Shown piece by piece: positions 39,472 to 52,271 of a DNA stretch of 64,000 nucleotides. The number at the start of each line of letters is the position of its first letter. The stretch's first letter is position 1. Source of the stretch: a virus (Duplodnaviria; Heunggongvirae; Uroviricota; Caudoviricetes); the IMG/VR virus record IMGVR_UViG_2939142107_000001, positions 1 through 64,000 of that record; one strand, given 5' to 3'. The notes under the pieces are model-generated. The model was not told the origin of the DNA and made no database searches. It saw nothing but the letters and a program-made list of their open reading frames with translations. A program made the translations under genes and the position numbers.

Positions 39472-40029
39472 ATGAAGGGAAAAACAGCCGCAGGAGGCGG
39501 TGCAATTTGCGCTATCGCGGTGATGATTACCATCGTAATGGGTAATGGCAATGTGCGAACCAACCAGGCGGGGCTTGAGCTGATTGGTAACGCTGAAGGT
39601 TGCCGACGTGATCCATACATGTGCCCGGCGGGGGTATGGACTGACGGGATCGGTAATACACACGGGGTAACGCCGGGTGTGCGAAAAACCGACCAGCAAA
39701 TCGCCGCTGATTGGGAAAAGAATATCCTGATCGCTGAACGCTGTATTAATCAGCACTTCCGGGGCAAAGACATGCCCGATAATGCCTTTAGTGCAATGAC
39801 AAGCGCGGCATTCAATATGGGATGCAATAGCTTACGGACCTACTACAGCAAAGCGCGAGGCATGCGAGTCGAAACGTCCATCCACAAGTGGGCGCAGAAA
39901 GGGGAATGGGTGAATATGTGTAACCATCTCCCTGATTTTGTGAACAGTAACGGCGTGCCCCTGCGAGGTTTAAAGATTCGCCGTGAAAAAGAACGCCAGC
40001 TTTGCCTGACGGGACTGGTCAATGAATAA
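39472..40029 (+). CDS. lyz: SAR endolysin Lyz (T4-lysozyme fold with N-terminal signal-arrest-release segment)
   Basis: 185 aa recognised as P1 Lyz (MKGKTAAGGGAICAIAVMITIVMGNGNVRTNQAGLELIGNAEGCRRDPY...). Late-promoter-like AACAAGTGATTTGCATTAT at ~39365-39383. Confidence 0.95.
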   Translation: MKGKTAAGGGAICAIAVMITIVMGNGNVRTNQAGLELIGNAEGCRRDPYMCPAGVWTDGIGNTHGVTPGVRKTDQQIAADWEKNILIAERCINQHFRGKDMPDNAFSAMTSAAFNMGCNSLRTYYSKARGMRVETSIHKWAQKGEWVNMCNHLPDFVNSNGVPLRGLKIRREKERQLCLTGLVNE

Positions 40030-40276
40030 ACTCCGGCAGCTCCGCAGACTTTCGACAATGAAGTTATCGCTGGCAGCGATAGTTTTCGACTCGATTTTCA
40101 TGGCGGTATATGTGCTTAATGAAACGTGGCCACTGGAACCGCTATTGTATGCCGGGCTTCGGCTGTGCCTGACATTTTTGAGCATGGCCGCGAGATTGAT
40201 GCAGCAGAAAGAAACCGCTTCAGATTGTCCACGCCGCGCGGTGCGCAAATATATGGCACGCAGGCGAAGTCGATAA
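40022..40276 (+). CDS. Possible small membrane protein overlapping the lyz stop
   Basis: 84-aa ORF; ATGAATAA overlap with lyz. Two hydrophobic segments and a basic C-terminus. A terminator follows. Confidence 0.4.
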   Translation: MNKLRQLRRLSTMKLSLAAIVFDSIFMAVYVLNETWPLEPLLYAGLRLCLTFLSMAARLMQQKETASDCPRRAVRKYMARRRSR

Positions 40277-40287
40277 TAGTTAACGAG

Positions 40288-40316
40288 AACCCCGGCACTC
40301 GCCGGGGTTATTTTTG
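40288..40316 (+). terminator. Rho-independent terminator after the lyz unit
   Basis: AACCCCGG-CACTCG-CCGGGGTT followed by ATTTTT. Confidence 0.8.
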
Positions 40317-40320
40317 GTGG

Positions 40321-43051
<2,731 letters not shown>

Positions 43052-43084
43052 TTAATTAGAATAATTCGTATCGTGTTTGAACGG

Positions 43085-43110
43085 AAATTTAACACTAGTC
43101 ACTTGTTAAG
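43085..43110 (-). promoter_or_regulatory. Candidate late promoter for prt-pro
   Basis: The minus strand reads CTTAACAAGTGACTAGTGTTAAATTTCC, the same AACAAGTGACT element as the gene 23 promoter. Confidence 0.45.
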
Positions 43111-43118
43111 GATTACCA

Positions 43119-46100
43119 ATGAACAAGCTATCTATGGGAGTGTTTCGCTGTTCAAGTGTCAGCGAAATATTGAAATACATTAGGGCAATAACATCTCACC
43201 GAGCGCCGATTAAATACGGCGTGGAAAAGGTGGAAGGCAAAAGCTATGACCGACTGCGCCGTGAGGCGAATCAGAAGGCGATAGATTTGCTTAATTCGCT
43301 GGTGGACGGCGCGACACTGACAGATGAACAGCGCCAGATCCTGGCTGGGTACACCGGTGAAGGCGGCATTGGCGGGTCCGTCTCCGAATATTACACACCA
43401 AAGCCGATCGCTGAAGGTGTCTGGGAGATCATGAAGCTCTACGGCGCGGACGTAGGTAACACTCTGGAACCATCGGCGGGAACCGGCGTTTTTAATGAGA
43501 CAAAACCGGTTGGTACGGTGATGACCGCGACTGAGATCAGCAGTGTTTCCGGTCGTATAAACCAGCTGTTACATCCGGAAGACAGCGTACAAATTTCCCC
43601 GTTCGAACAACTGGCTGTAAGCACGCCTAACGATTCATTCGACCATGTTGTGGGTAACGTTCCGTTCGGCGGTCGTGATAACACACGCAACATCGATAAG
43701 CCTTACGCAGAAGAAACGGACATGGGGTCTTACTTCATGCTCCGCATGTTGGACAAGATAAAGCCTGGCGGATTCATGTGCGTGATTGTGCCGCCGTCCA
43801 TTGTTTCAGGTTCAAACATGAAGCGGTTACGCCTGCGCCTATCCCGTAAAGCTGAATTTCTTGGTGCCCACCGCTTGCCTACCGGTACTTTTGACGCAAA
43901 CGGGACCAGTACGGTCGTTGACGTGGTGCTGATGCGCAAACATCCGGCGGAGATGGCTGAGAAAATCCCCCTGGTGGATGAGAGCACTCTTGAATCGGCA
44001 AATGTGCTTTGGCCAACGTTTATTTCTGGCAAGTGGTTTGAAAAGGATGGCCGCCGGTTTGTTCATGGCACCCAGGAAAAGGGCTTCCAGGGGCGTATTG
44101 AGGTTCGTGCCGACGGTCAGATTGATAACCAGGCTCTTAAAGCGAAGCTGATTCATCGTTTCGAAAGCCGTATCGACTGGTCTTTGCTCGATATGGCTGA
44201 ACCGTCACCGACCGCAGATGTTGTTGATGAAGGGGAAATGCGCCTGATTAATGGCGTATGGCAAAAATATGCTGGTGGTCGCTGGATTGAAGCTGATGCC
44301 GGGAAGGAGCTGAAGATTGAGGTTGCCAGTTATGGCGCGGATAGCTGGGAGGCTCTTCAGCGTAACCTGACTACAACAGAAGGCCGTCTCGGTATGACAT
44401 TTACCCAGATGGCAAATGTCCGCGATAAGTACACCACATCAATCAGCGACGATATGGTGCAGCTGGTGGACTGGATTAACAGCCAGCCTGAAAAATACCG
44501 TGAACGCTTGTATCGTGGAGCGATGATTGGCCGGATGTTAATTGAATATCAGGATATGAAGGCCGCCGGGCATAGTGCTGAACAAATCGAACAGCAGCGC
44601 CTTTCTCTGGTATCCCGTTTGCAGGCAGAGATTGACCGTTTTGGTAACCCCGGTCGCGGTCCGATAGCGAAATTATCGGGGAGCGGTGCGCGCGCCTGGT
44701 TTGCTTTCCGTGGTGCAATTAAGCTGGATGGCACTATTTCTGACGAGCTGACAGGAAAACTGGTTACGCATGATTCCAGCGCCAGTTATGACTCTACCAG
44801 CTATCAGGACACCCTGCGTTATCTCTACAGTGATCTCACTCGCGATCCAATCCAGCTCGATGATTTCCGCCTTGCGTTTACCGGCGAACTGCCAGCCAGT
44901 GATGACGAGTTGCTTAATTTATTGGCCAGCACCCCTGGCATTGCGGTTTCACCGTATGGCGGGATTGTTCCGTTCGCCCGCGCCACCAGCGGCGACATTA
45001 ACGAGATAGTGGCTCCAAAACAGGAATTCCTCGCCACGCTCCCCGACGGTCCAGTAAAGAACAACGTCCTTAATCAGCTGGCAGCGATCGAAGAGAAGCG
45101 CATCAAGACGCCAGCAGAGAATATCCGGTTTAAGCTCAATAGCCGTTGGTTCGACCGTTCCGTCATTCTGGAATTTTTGCAGGAAAACGGCTATCCGGAT
45201 CTGCGCTATGTGCAGTCAGTGCAGCTGGAAGGCGACGAAATGGTTTCTGACACCTATCACGGTGGTGATGGTCTGTTCGTCGGGCACCGATACGGTGTCG
45301 TCCAGCGTAAGGATAAAGAAACAGGCGAGATCCGCTACGAGTGGGACCGTAAATCAGGTGAAAACGCGACCGGGTTCCCGGCACAGCTGGAAAAGTATCT
45401 CAATGGTGCGCGTATCGGTGGCAAAGATAGCGCGACGGCGAACGGCTACCGCGAGCAGATGGCACTGCTTGAGGACCAGTTCAATAAGTGGATCAAGACG
45501 CACGATCGCTACGATGAGCTGGTTGCCAAATACAACGATGTGTTCAATAGCAATATCCCGTATGAACACTCTGGCGATCCGCTTGGGTTGAAGGGATTAA
45601 GCGGTAAGCGCCAGCCATTTGATTACCAGAATAGCGAGGTGCGCCGACTGTCCGAAGATGGGCGCGGCATCCTGGGCTTCGGCACCGGGCTGGGTAAAAC
45701 CACGACCGCGCTGGCGCTTGAGGCGTTCAACTATGAGAACGGTCGCTCCACCCGTACTGCGTATGTAGTGCCTAAATCAGTGCTGGAAAACTGGTATTAC
45801 GAAGCAAAAGAATTCCTGAGTGAAGAGGCATTCAGTAACTACCTGTTCGTCGGTCTTGATGTGCTGATGGATGGCGATCAGATTCGCCAGGTGCCGGTGC
45901 TCGATGAGAACGGTAAACCTGTTCTTGGTACTGATGGCACTCCAGTTATGCGCGATGCCCTAAAACTGGCAGATGAAGCCACTATCACGGCGCGGATGAA
46001 CGCGATCCCGCACTCAAATTACCGTGCAGTCGTGTTTACCAAAGAACAATACGCCCGCATTCCGCTACGTGATGACACCGTAGATGAGCATGCACAGGAT

Positions 46101-49100
46101 ATGCTTTATGACTTCGTTGCCGCCGGACGCGTAGCCAGCGCAATGGACTCCGACTCCCACCGCAAAGAGGCCGCGCGTCGCCGGGTATTGTCGGAGTATT
46201 CAGATACCGGCACCGAAAAAGCAGAGAAGTATCCGTACTTTGAGGATATGGGCTTCGATAGTGTGATCGCTGACGAAGGTCACAACTACCGCAATAGCTA
46301 TAAAAATGGTCGCGAAGCGTCACAACTGGCCTATCTGCCCACCAGCGCGGTGGCGCAATCGGCGCGAGATATGGCAATTAAAAACGCGTACCTGATGAAA
46401 AAGAATGGCGGGCGCGGGCCGGTTCTCCTGACTGCAACGCCAGTCGTTAACACCCCGATCGATGCATACAACATGCTTTCTCATGTTCTGCCGAAGGAAT
46501 ACTGGCAGAACATGGGGATCTACGGTCCTGATGACTTCGTTAAATTCTTCGGCAAGACCAGGCTGGAAACGGTACAGAAAATTAGCGGTGAAGTTGAAGA
46601 AAAAATGGCGCTGATGGGCTTTGAAAACCTTGATGCGCTGCGCGGTATATTCCATCGCTGGGTAACGCTTAAAACGGCGGAAGACGTTAAGGATACCGTG
46701 GAGATCCCGGAGCTGGACGAACACCAGCAGGATGCACCACTTACTGAAGAACAACTGGCGGCGTATGAAGAATTGCGTCAGCAGGCGGAAGCGGCGGCCA
46801 AAGCCAACAATGGCGTAACGACCTCGGTCAATGAAGACGGCGTGATTGAGCACGAGAAAGCCCGTCCGATCTTCTCAATAATCAGGGATATGGACCGCGT
46901 ATGTACTGACATGGACCTGTACTATCGCCGGATCACCTATCGTTTCCTGCCGGAGTACGCCGATGCGGTGCAGCAGCTGGCGGACAGTTTGCCTAAACAA
47001 GCCACCAGCGAAGACGACGACAGTGATGATTCAATCACGCAGCAATCGCAATACTCCCTGATAGATAAGGGCGAGTTTATTCAGTTGCAGGTTCCGGAAG
47101 CGTTCGAGCAGGAAGTGAATAAGCGCCTGGCCAGGTTTGGCATTGACGAACAGACCGTAACTCACCCCGTTACGCCCAAATACGCGAAGCTGATCGCCAC
47201 GCTGAAGGAGTTTTTCCCGGAAGGTAAGCAAATCATCTTCACCGATGAAAAAACGCAGCACCAGAAGCTCAAGCGCATTATCTGCAATGCTCTAAACCTT
47301 GAACCTTCAAAGGTGGGGATCCTGAATGCTCAGACGGTTGCCGAGGCAGGTAAAACCGGTAAGAAACTGAAAGCGGTTAAACCGCCGAAAGAGCTACCGG
47401 ATGAACCAACAGATGCACAGATAGCGAAATACAACGAGCAAATGGCTCTGTATGACGCCTATATCGCGCAGCAAAATGAAATGTCGTTGGGCGGTCTGGA
47501 AAAGATTGCAGCCGACTTCCAGGAGGGCCGGACTCCGATCATCATCTGCAACAAAAAGGCAGAGGTGGGTATCAACCTGCATCGAGGAACGACGGATATC
47601 CACCACCTGACGTTGCCGTGGACACCAGCCAGTATCGCACAGCGTAACGGTCGCGGTGCCCGAGTTGGTTCCAACCGTGCAAGCGTTCGCGTTCACTACT
47701 ACTGCGGCAAGGGGTCTTTCGATGAATACCGACTGAAGACGCTGAAGCGTAAAGCAGGCTGGATCTCCGATATCCTCCGTTCAGATAAGTCAGAAATGGA
47801 GAACGCCGACGCCAATGACATGATCGAAATGCAGATGTATACCGCGAAGGATGACGGCGAACGTCTGGCAATGATGCAGGTTCAAATGGATAAGGCGAAA
47901 GCTGCGAAACGCGCTCGCCAGAAAGAACAGGCTACTATCGACCTTCAGAACTACATCAAGGCGCAGCACGCAGCTGGCGAGGATGTGGAGGTACTTACCG
48001 CTGAATTAGAGCGAAGCAAAGCGGAACTTGAAAAGACCACCGCCGAGGTAGCTAAATTCAAACAGGCGGCAATGGCCAAGGCAGCGGATAACGCAGACTG
48101 GAAGGCCCGCTGGGGGAGTGTCCATCACACAGACCGTATGTTGTTAGCACAGTATCGCGCGTCGTTGAAAAGCGCCATTCAGCGCAAGGCTAATATCTCT
48201 CAGGCCATCTCCCGCTATGAGAAATTATTGAACCGTACTCAGAAGGCCGCGACGGATATCAAACGCCTGCGCCCGCTGGTGGAGGATGCAATAAATAAAG
48301 GCATTCTGGATGTTGATCCTGATCTGGTTAACCATGCGAATGAGTTCCTTGTTATCGGCGATCGCTCATGGCGTGTAGGCCAATACTACGATTGTGCCGG
48401 TGATATCGTTCGCATTAAGTCGCTGGACTTCGACAGCCAGCGCGCAGACGTGGAGATCATCTTTACCTTAAGAGGCACCAAATCGGGTAACTGGGATGTG
48501 AAGACGCTGGATAAACAGGTGGATGTAACTCCCGATGAAGATGCTGTTATGCAGAAAATCAGTGGTGGCGTCTCCATCGCCGGGATTAACGACATCATTT
48601 CCTGTGACGATTTCTACCGTTTCCAGCAGCGCGGCATGATCAAAATCACTGACTCATACGGCGTTCAGACTACAGAGTCAGGCTATAGCATTGATTTTGT
48701 TGGTACCTATACGGACCCACTGAAGCATGCGGTTTACCCGGATCGCCGTGACGGCGCGCTGAAGTCGTCAATTGCAAAATGGGTGCTTGGTATGATGTCG
48801 GAAGGGAATAACCGCCAGATCCGTTCGGCAGAAACATTCCTGGTTGAATTGTTTGGCTCCAATTATGGCGATGTAATCGCGTCATACGGAGATACGCTAT
48901 CCCCTGAAGCAATTCAGGAGAAAATAGCGGATGCGATCGCAAAAATGCCGGAGAAAACAAGCCAGGGGGCTACTCGTAACGGGGATTCTGAACTTGAGGT
49001 CACCAATGCCATTTTCGGTACCCATGAGTTCCGGGCGTCAGATTATGAGATCACCACAGCACAGTTTGGCACCATTGGCATTTACAGCAATAAAGCCGAG

Positions 49101-49886
49101 ATCAAGCAGGCAATGGACGCAGCAAACGCGCGCATCGCAGCAGAACGGGAAGCCAATCTGAATCATGCAGTCGCCGCACTGACTCAATCGTGGGTAACAG
49201 CAATCAGGGAGGCCGCCACCACAGGGAAAATCACACCTGCAATTGCGGATGTCGTAAACGCCGGCTCTAAATTTATGGATGCCTATCAAATGGATGCGGT
49301 GCAGTTGCCATCAGCCTATGGCCAACTCAGCTATCGCATGACCTACAACCTGGTATCAATGTTTTCCGACCTTGCCATCCTTGGGCTGGTGGATCTTAAC
49401 GAGGTTACGCCGGAATTGCTCAGCATGCGCAAGAATCATGTGGAGATATTGCAGAGAATTAACACGGTTCTTGCCGGGCGCACCGATGAAGAGAAACAGG
49501 CCGACGCTGATCGGATAAACCTGGCCCTTGGCAACATCACGGAGGAAGAAATTGCCGCCAGAAACGAGAAACAAGAAGAGTTATCATCAATACAGGGTGA
49601 TGCCACCAGCATAGCTCAGTCTCTTGGTCTGAATTATCGCGTATCCACCGCCGACCTGAAGATGATGTACGCACCGAAATTCGCCGCTGGCGAGGTATTT
49701 GGGCTTCAGGAAGCCTCAGGCATGAAAGGCGTTCTTTTCCGTGCGAAAGACGCAATCAAGGCGAAATTCGGCGCTCGCTGGCTGCCAGCGAAGGCGAAGA
49801 ACAGCGATTTCCCGGGTAACTGGTGGATTATCGAGACAAAACACAACGTGGCGGACGTTCTGGCCGTCATCCAACAATACGCATAA
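43119..49886 (+). CDS. darB: DarB, virion antirestriction protein with N6-adenine methyltransferase and SF2 helicase domains
   Basis: 2255 aa. MTase motifs (EPSAGTGVF ... NVPFG) and helicase motifs (GFGTGLGKTTTA; DEGHNYRN; a QRNGRGARVG-type motif VI). Confidence 0.9.
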   Translation: MNKLSMGVFRCSSVSEILKYIRAITSHRAPIKYGVEKVEGKSYDRLRREANQKAIDLLNSLVDGATLTDEQRQILAGYTGEGGIGGSVSEYYTPKPIAEGVWEIMKLYGADVGNTLEPSAGTGVFNETKPVGTVMTATEISSVSGRINQLLHPEDSVQISPFEQLAVSTPNDSFDHVVGNVPFGGRDNTRNIDKPYAEETDMGSYFMLRMLDKIKPGGFMCVIVPPSIVSGSNMKRLRLRLSRKAEFLGAHRLPTGTFDANGTSTVVDVVLMRKHPAEMAEKIPLVDESTLESANVLWPTFISGKWFEKDGRRFVHGTQEKGFQGRIEVRADGQIDNQALKAKLIHRFESRIDWSLLDMAEPSPTADVVDEGEMRLINGVWQKYAGGRWIEADAGKELKIEVASYGADSWEALQRNLTTTEGRLGMTFTQMANVRDKYTTSISDDMVQLVDWINSQPEKYRERLYRGAMIGRMLIEYQDMKAAGHSAEQIEQQRLSLVSRLQAEIDRFGNPGRGPIAKLSGSGARAWFAFRGAIKLDGTISDELTGKLVTHDSSASYDSTSYQDTLRYLYSDLTRDPIQLDDFRLAFTGELPASDDELLNLLASTPGIAVSPYGGIVPFARATSGDINEIVAPKQEFLATLPDGPVKNNVLNQLAAIEEKRIKTPAENIRFKLNSRWFDRSVILEFLQENGYPDLRYVQSVQLEGDEMVSDTYHGGDGLFVGHRYGVVQRKDKETGEIRYEWDRKSGENATGFPAQLEKYLNGARIGGKDSATANGYREQMALLEDQFNKWIKTHDRYDELVAKYNDVFNSNIPYEHSGDPLGLKGLSGKRQPFDYQNSEVRRLSEDGRGILGFGTGLGKTTTALALEAFNYENGRSTRTAYVVPKSVLENWYYEAKEFLSEEAFSNYLFVGLDVLMDGDQIRQVPVLDENGKPVLGTDGTPVMRDALKLADEATITARMNAIPHSNYRAVVFTKEQYARIPLRDDTVDEHAQDMLYDFVAAGRVASAMDSDSHRKEAARRRVLSEYSDTGTEKAEKYPYFEDMGFDSVIADEGHNYRNSYKNGREASQLAYLPTSAVAQSARDMAIKNAYLMKKNGGRGPVLLTATPVVNTPIDAYNMLSHVLPKEYWQNMGIYGPDDFVKFFGKTRLETVQKISGEVEEKMALMGFENLDALRGIFHRWVTLKTAEDVKDTVEIPELDEHQQDAPLTEEQLAAYEELRQQAEAAAKANNGVTTSVNEDGVIEHEKARPIFSIIRDMDRVCTDMDLYYRRITYRFLPEYADAVQQLADSLPKQATSEDDDSDDSITQQSQYSLIDKGEFIQLQVPEAFEQEVNKRLARFGIDEQTVTHPVTPKYAKLIATLKEFFPEGKQIIFTDEKTQHQKLKRIICNALNLEPSKVGILNAQTVAEAGKTGKKLKAVKPPKELPDEPTDAQIAKYNEQMALYDAYIAQQNEMSLGGLEKIAADFQEGRTPIIICNKKAEVGINLHRGTTDIHHLTLPWTPASIAQRNGRGARVGSNRASVRVHYYCGKGSFDEYRLKTLKRKAGWISDILRSDKSEMENADANDMIEMQMYTAKDDGERLAMMQVQMDKAKAAKRARQKEQATIDLQNYIKAQHAAGEDVEVLTAELERSKAELEKTTAEVAKFKQAAMAKAADNADWKARWGSVHHTDRMLLAQYRASLKSAIQRKANISQAISRYEKLLNRTQKAATDIKRLRPLVEDAINKGILDVDPDLVNHANEFLVIGDRSWRVGQYYDCAGDIVRIKSLDFDSQRADVEIIFTLRGTKSGNWDVKTLDKQVDVTPDEDAVMQKISGGVSIAGINDIISCDDFYRFQQRGMIKITDSYGVQTTESGYSIDFVGTYTDPLKHAVYPDRRDGALKSSIAKWVLGMMSEGNNRQIRSAETFLVELFGSNYGDVIASYGDTLSPEAIQEKIADAIAKMPEKTSQGATRNGDSELEVTNAIFGTHEFRASDYEITTAQFGTIGIYSNKAEIKQAMDAANARIAAEREANLNHAVAALTQSWVTAIREAATTGKITPAIADVVNAGSKFMDAYQMDAVQLPSAYGQLSYRMTYNLVSMFSDLAILGLVDLNEVTPELLSMRKNHVEILQRINTVLAGRTDEEKQADADRINLALGNITEEEIAARNEKQEELSSIQGDATSIAQSLGLNYRVSTADLKMMYAPKFAAGEVFGLQEASGMKGVLFRAKDAIKAKFGARWLPAKAKNSDFPGNWWIIETKHNVADVLAVIQQYA

Positions 49887-49891
49887 CAGGA

Positions 49892-49911
49892 GCGCCCGGT
49901 TCGCCGGGCGT
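49892..49911 (+). terminator. GC hairpin after darB (no T run)
   Basis: GCGCCCGG-TTCG-CCGGGCGT. Confidence 0.45.
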
Positions 49912-49919
49912 CGCATAAT

Positions 49920-50360
49920 ATGGCCACACTATCTGATACAATAAAACCGAATAAAACATATCTTGAGGCGGTACTCCGTACAGCGTTGTTAGGAAAGACA
50001 GAAGACGAATACGTTGATTTCTTCCTGTCAGGGCTACGCGGGCGATTACTGAAAAATCCCCGCCTGTACCGCAGCTATGGTCCATACTGGCCGGAAATTA
50101 AAAAATTATTACTGGAGCGCGGTTATGGTAATTTCGGTCGTCTCGTTGACCGTGACGTTCGCAAAATTTACCGTTATGACCGCCCGGCTCTAACACTCAT
50201 AGCCGCGACGCTCTACAGCCAGGAGCGTTTTGATAATGGTCAGATATACTCAGCCTGGCATTTACTGCCAGTGCCTGAAGAAGTTGACGACCAGGACTAT
50301 GAATTTGAGTCTTACGATTTGGAAGTTGAAGCCTTGGCACAGGCTGGAGAGAAAACTTGA
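49920..50360 (+). CDS. ulx: Ulx (upstream of lxc; Dar-associated)
   Basis: 146 aa; assigned by synteny. Confidence 0.65.
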   Translation: MATLSDTIKPNKTYLEAVLRTALLGKTEDEYVDFFLSGLRGRLLKNPRLYRSYGPYWPEIKKLLLERGYGNFGRLVDRDVRKIYRYDRPALTLIAATLYSQERFDNGQIYSAWHLLPVPEEVDDQDYEFESYDLEVEALAQAGEKT

Positions 50361-50605
50361 AAAAGCGATACTACACAGTAAAGCATGGGACGCTACGAGC
50401 ATTACAAGAGTTTGCTGATAAGCATAACGTTGAGGTGCGCAGGGAAGGGGGAAGTAAAGCTCTGCGCATGTACCGCCCGGACGGGAAATGGCGTACGGTC
50501 GTCGATTTCAAAACTAACAGCGTTCCCCAGGGCGTCCGCGACCGGGCATTCGAAGAATGGGAGCAAATCATCATAGATAATGCATTGCTCCTGAATGCTG
50601 ATTAA
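50357..50605 (+). CDS. lxc: Lxc (Bof), corepressor modulating C1
   Basis: 82 aa; size and position match P1 lxc. Confidence 0.7.
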   Translation: MKKRYYTVKHGTLRALQEFADKHNVEVRREGGSKALRMYRPDGKWRTVVDFKTNSVPQGVRDRAFEEWEQIIIDNALLLNAD

Positions 50606-50613
50606 GTTTGTCT

Positions 50614-50640
50614 AGCCCGGTTAATACCGGGCTGGTTTAG
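50614..50640. terminator. Bidirectional terminator between the convergent lxc gene and the accessory cassette
   Basis: AGCCCGG-TTAATA-CCGGGCT flanked by T/A runs. Confidence 0.75.
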
Positions 50641-50663
50641 ACATCTTAAGTGGGTGTTAATTT

Positions 50664-51173
50664 TTAATTATGGTTAATCATATCTAACAGTATTTTTAGC
50701 TTCCTGCATGTGTTATCAATATCTTTACATAATATGACATCAAGGATGTTTGGTAGTCCTAATACCATATGAGAAATGAAACCCTCGCCAACTTGTAGAT
50801 TATGGGTAGTCTCATCTGGATTCACGTATTCAATGGTTTTAGTTTTATTTATCCCATAATCTTTATAACAGATGATTACAGGAATGTTCTTCTGTTCAGC
50901 AATCTGCAACTCTATTCCTAGCCCTGTTGATGGAAAACTACATTCTGCAATTATTACATCAGATTTCTCAACCATATCTCTGTCCCAAATGTAACAAAGT
51001 CTAGATTTGTTACTTTCAGGGCGCTTTGATAATTCTGGGTCACTATTTATCAAAGCATATTTTACGTTGTTATTTTGAGATAGACCTTTTGCAAGGCTGT
51101 GAATCCAATTACTGTACTCATGGAAAATTTCCCTTGGAACATGAGTTAAAGCGCATGCGATATATATATTCAT
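50664..51173 (-). CDS. Nucleoside 2-deoxyribosyltransferase-like (NDT/Rcl/TIR-like fold) protein, 169 aa
   Basis: NIYIACAL at the N-terminus and WDRDMVEKSDVIIAECSFPSTGLGIELQIAEQKNIPVI match the NDT family pattern (D...aD.vvA...dsGT.fE.GyA...KPvi). E88 occupies the catalytic Glu position. TAATG overlap with the upstream gene. Very AT-rich. Confidence 0.75.
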   Translation of the reverse strand: MNIYIACALTHVPREIFHEYSNWIHSLAKGLSQNNNVKYALINSDPELSKRPESNKSRLCYIWDRDMVEKSDVIIAECSFPSTGLGIELQIAEQKNIPVIICYKDYGINKTKTIEYVNPDETTHNLQVGEGFISHMVLGLPNILDVILCKDIDNTCRKLKILLDMINHN

Positions 51174-52213
51174 TAAGAAGCAGACCTTACGTTTGGGATA
51201 AGAAATTGGTGTCCAGTAATTTCAGATGAAATTGCATCTATAAACTGTGACGGAGATTGTTGAATAAATTCAGCAATAATCCAGTTTTCTTTTTCATTTA
51301 GTAACTGTCTTAGCTTAAGTGGGTCATACCGACATAGCTCACTTAATCGATGCATAGCTGCTAGGGTTATAACCAATGGCGATATTGAAACAGAAGTATG
51401 CTCAGATTGATTGTTTTTACGTTTGAGATACCAAAGAGTCTCTGCGCCATTGATATAGTAAAGATCTCTTCTTATTTTTTGATGAAATTCAGTTAATTGC
51501 GGCATGTTGGACGATTGATTTTCATTAAAATCAAGTAATGATTCTACTGATTTTATTTTGTACTTTTCTCTTTCAAACAATTCGAACGCTGGCGGTAGAA
51601 TGTCGAAAACTGTGTCGAACCGAAAATCCTTGGATAAAATCGCAGTGAAAAACAGGCTATTGTCTGACTCATTCAAAACGAACTCAGCATCGATCAGTGG
51701 AATAAATATATCATCAGTTACATCATAAGTAAGGCAATATGTACGATGAATATATGGCAATCCAGAAAAAAGGTTTTTTATATTGTACACCCCCTCATGA
51801 GAGGTGCCGTCAATATATTTTGAAAAAGACGGAAGTATACCCTCATTTTTTATTTTTACTTTTATATCAGATAAGTTATCAATTTGGGCTGTATTTTCAC
51901 CCCTAGCAACACCATGATGCTGTTTGAAGTTTATATTGCGAGATGAAAGTAACGCCTTTACTGCATTCATGAATGAATAATAGTGCAAAAGTGGGGCTGA
52001 TTGGTTGGGTAAACCATTGGCCGCCTGATTAAATACTTTTGCTTGCTCCCAATAAAAAAGAGCCTCATCTTTTTCGTTTCGCTTTAACCAGAGTTCGACA
52101 AAATCCCAATGACTGTATGTAAGTACATTCCTTGCGGTTAGGTCAGGGTTTAATAATGCTTTATGAGGCTTCATGACCTTGTTCCTAATTTTCAGCGGCT
52201 TAATATTCATCAT
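51173..52213 (-). CDS. YaaC-like family protein, 346 aa
   Basis: ALFYWEQAKVFNQAANGLPNQSAPLLHYYSFMNAVKALLSSRNINFKQHHGV...IKVKIKNEGILPSF resembles the conserved YaaC N-terminal core. GGAGGAT RBS lies 8 nt upstream. Confidence 0.65.
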   Translation of the reverse strand: MMNIKPLKIRNKVMKPHKALLNPDLTARNVLTYSHWDFVELWLKRNEKDEALFYWEQAKVFNQAANGLPNQSAPLLHYYSFMNAVKALLSSRNINFKQHHGVARGENTAQIDNLSDIKVKIKNEGILPSFSKYIDGTSHEGVYNIKNLFSGLPYIHRTYCLTYDVTDDIFIPLIDAEFVLNESDNSLFFTAILSKDFRFDTVFDILPPAFELFEREKYKIKSVESLLDFNENQSSNMPQLTEFHQKIRRDLYYINGAETLWYLKRKNNQSEHTSVSISPLVITLAAMHRLSELCRYDPLKLRQLLNEKENWIIAEFIQQSPSQFIDAISSEITGHQFLIPNVRSAS

Positions 52214-52242
52214 TGTAATAATCCTCCACCCAAAGTTACTAG

Positions 52243-52271
52243 ATTGTAAAATATATATTTTTGTTCCACAA
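52243..52271 (-). promoter_or_regulatory. Candidate sigma70 promoter of the cassette, with an overlapping palindrome
   Basis: On the minus strand, TTGTGG is followed by a 17-nt spacer and TACAAT. The palindrome TTGTTGTGGAACAA (52261-52274) overlaps the -35. Confidence 0.35.

Noticed and set aside
43119-49886. 2255-aa methyltransferase-helicase fusion, considered as a BREX/DISARM-like novel defense gene
   Set aside because: It matches the known P1 DarB virion antirestriction protein in size, domain order and position (prt-darB-ulx-lxc). It is known biology, not novel.
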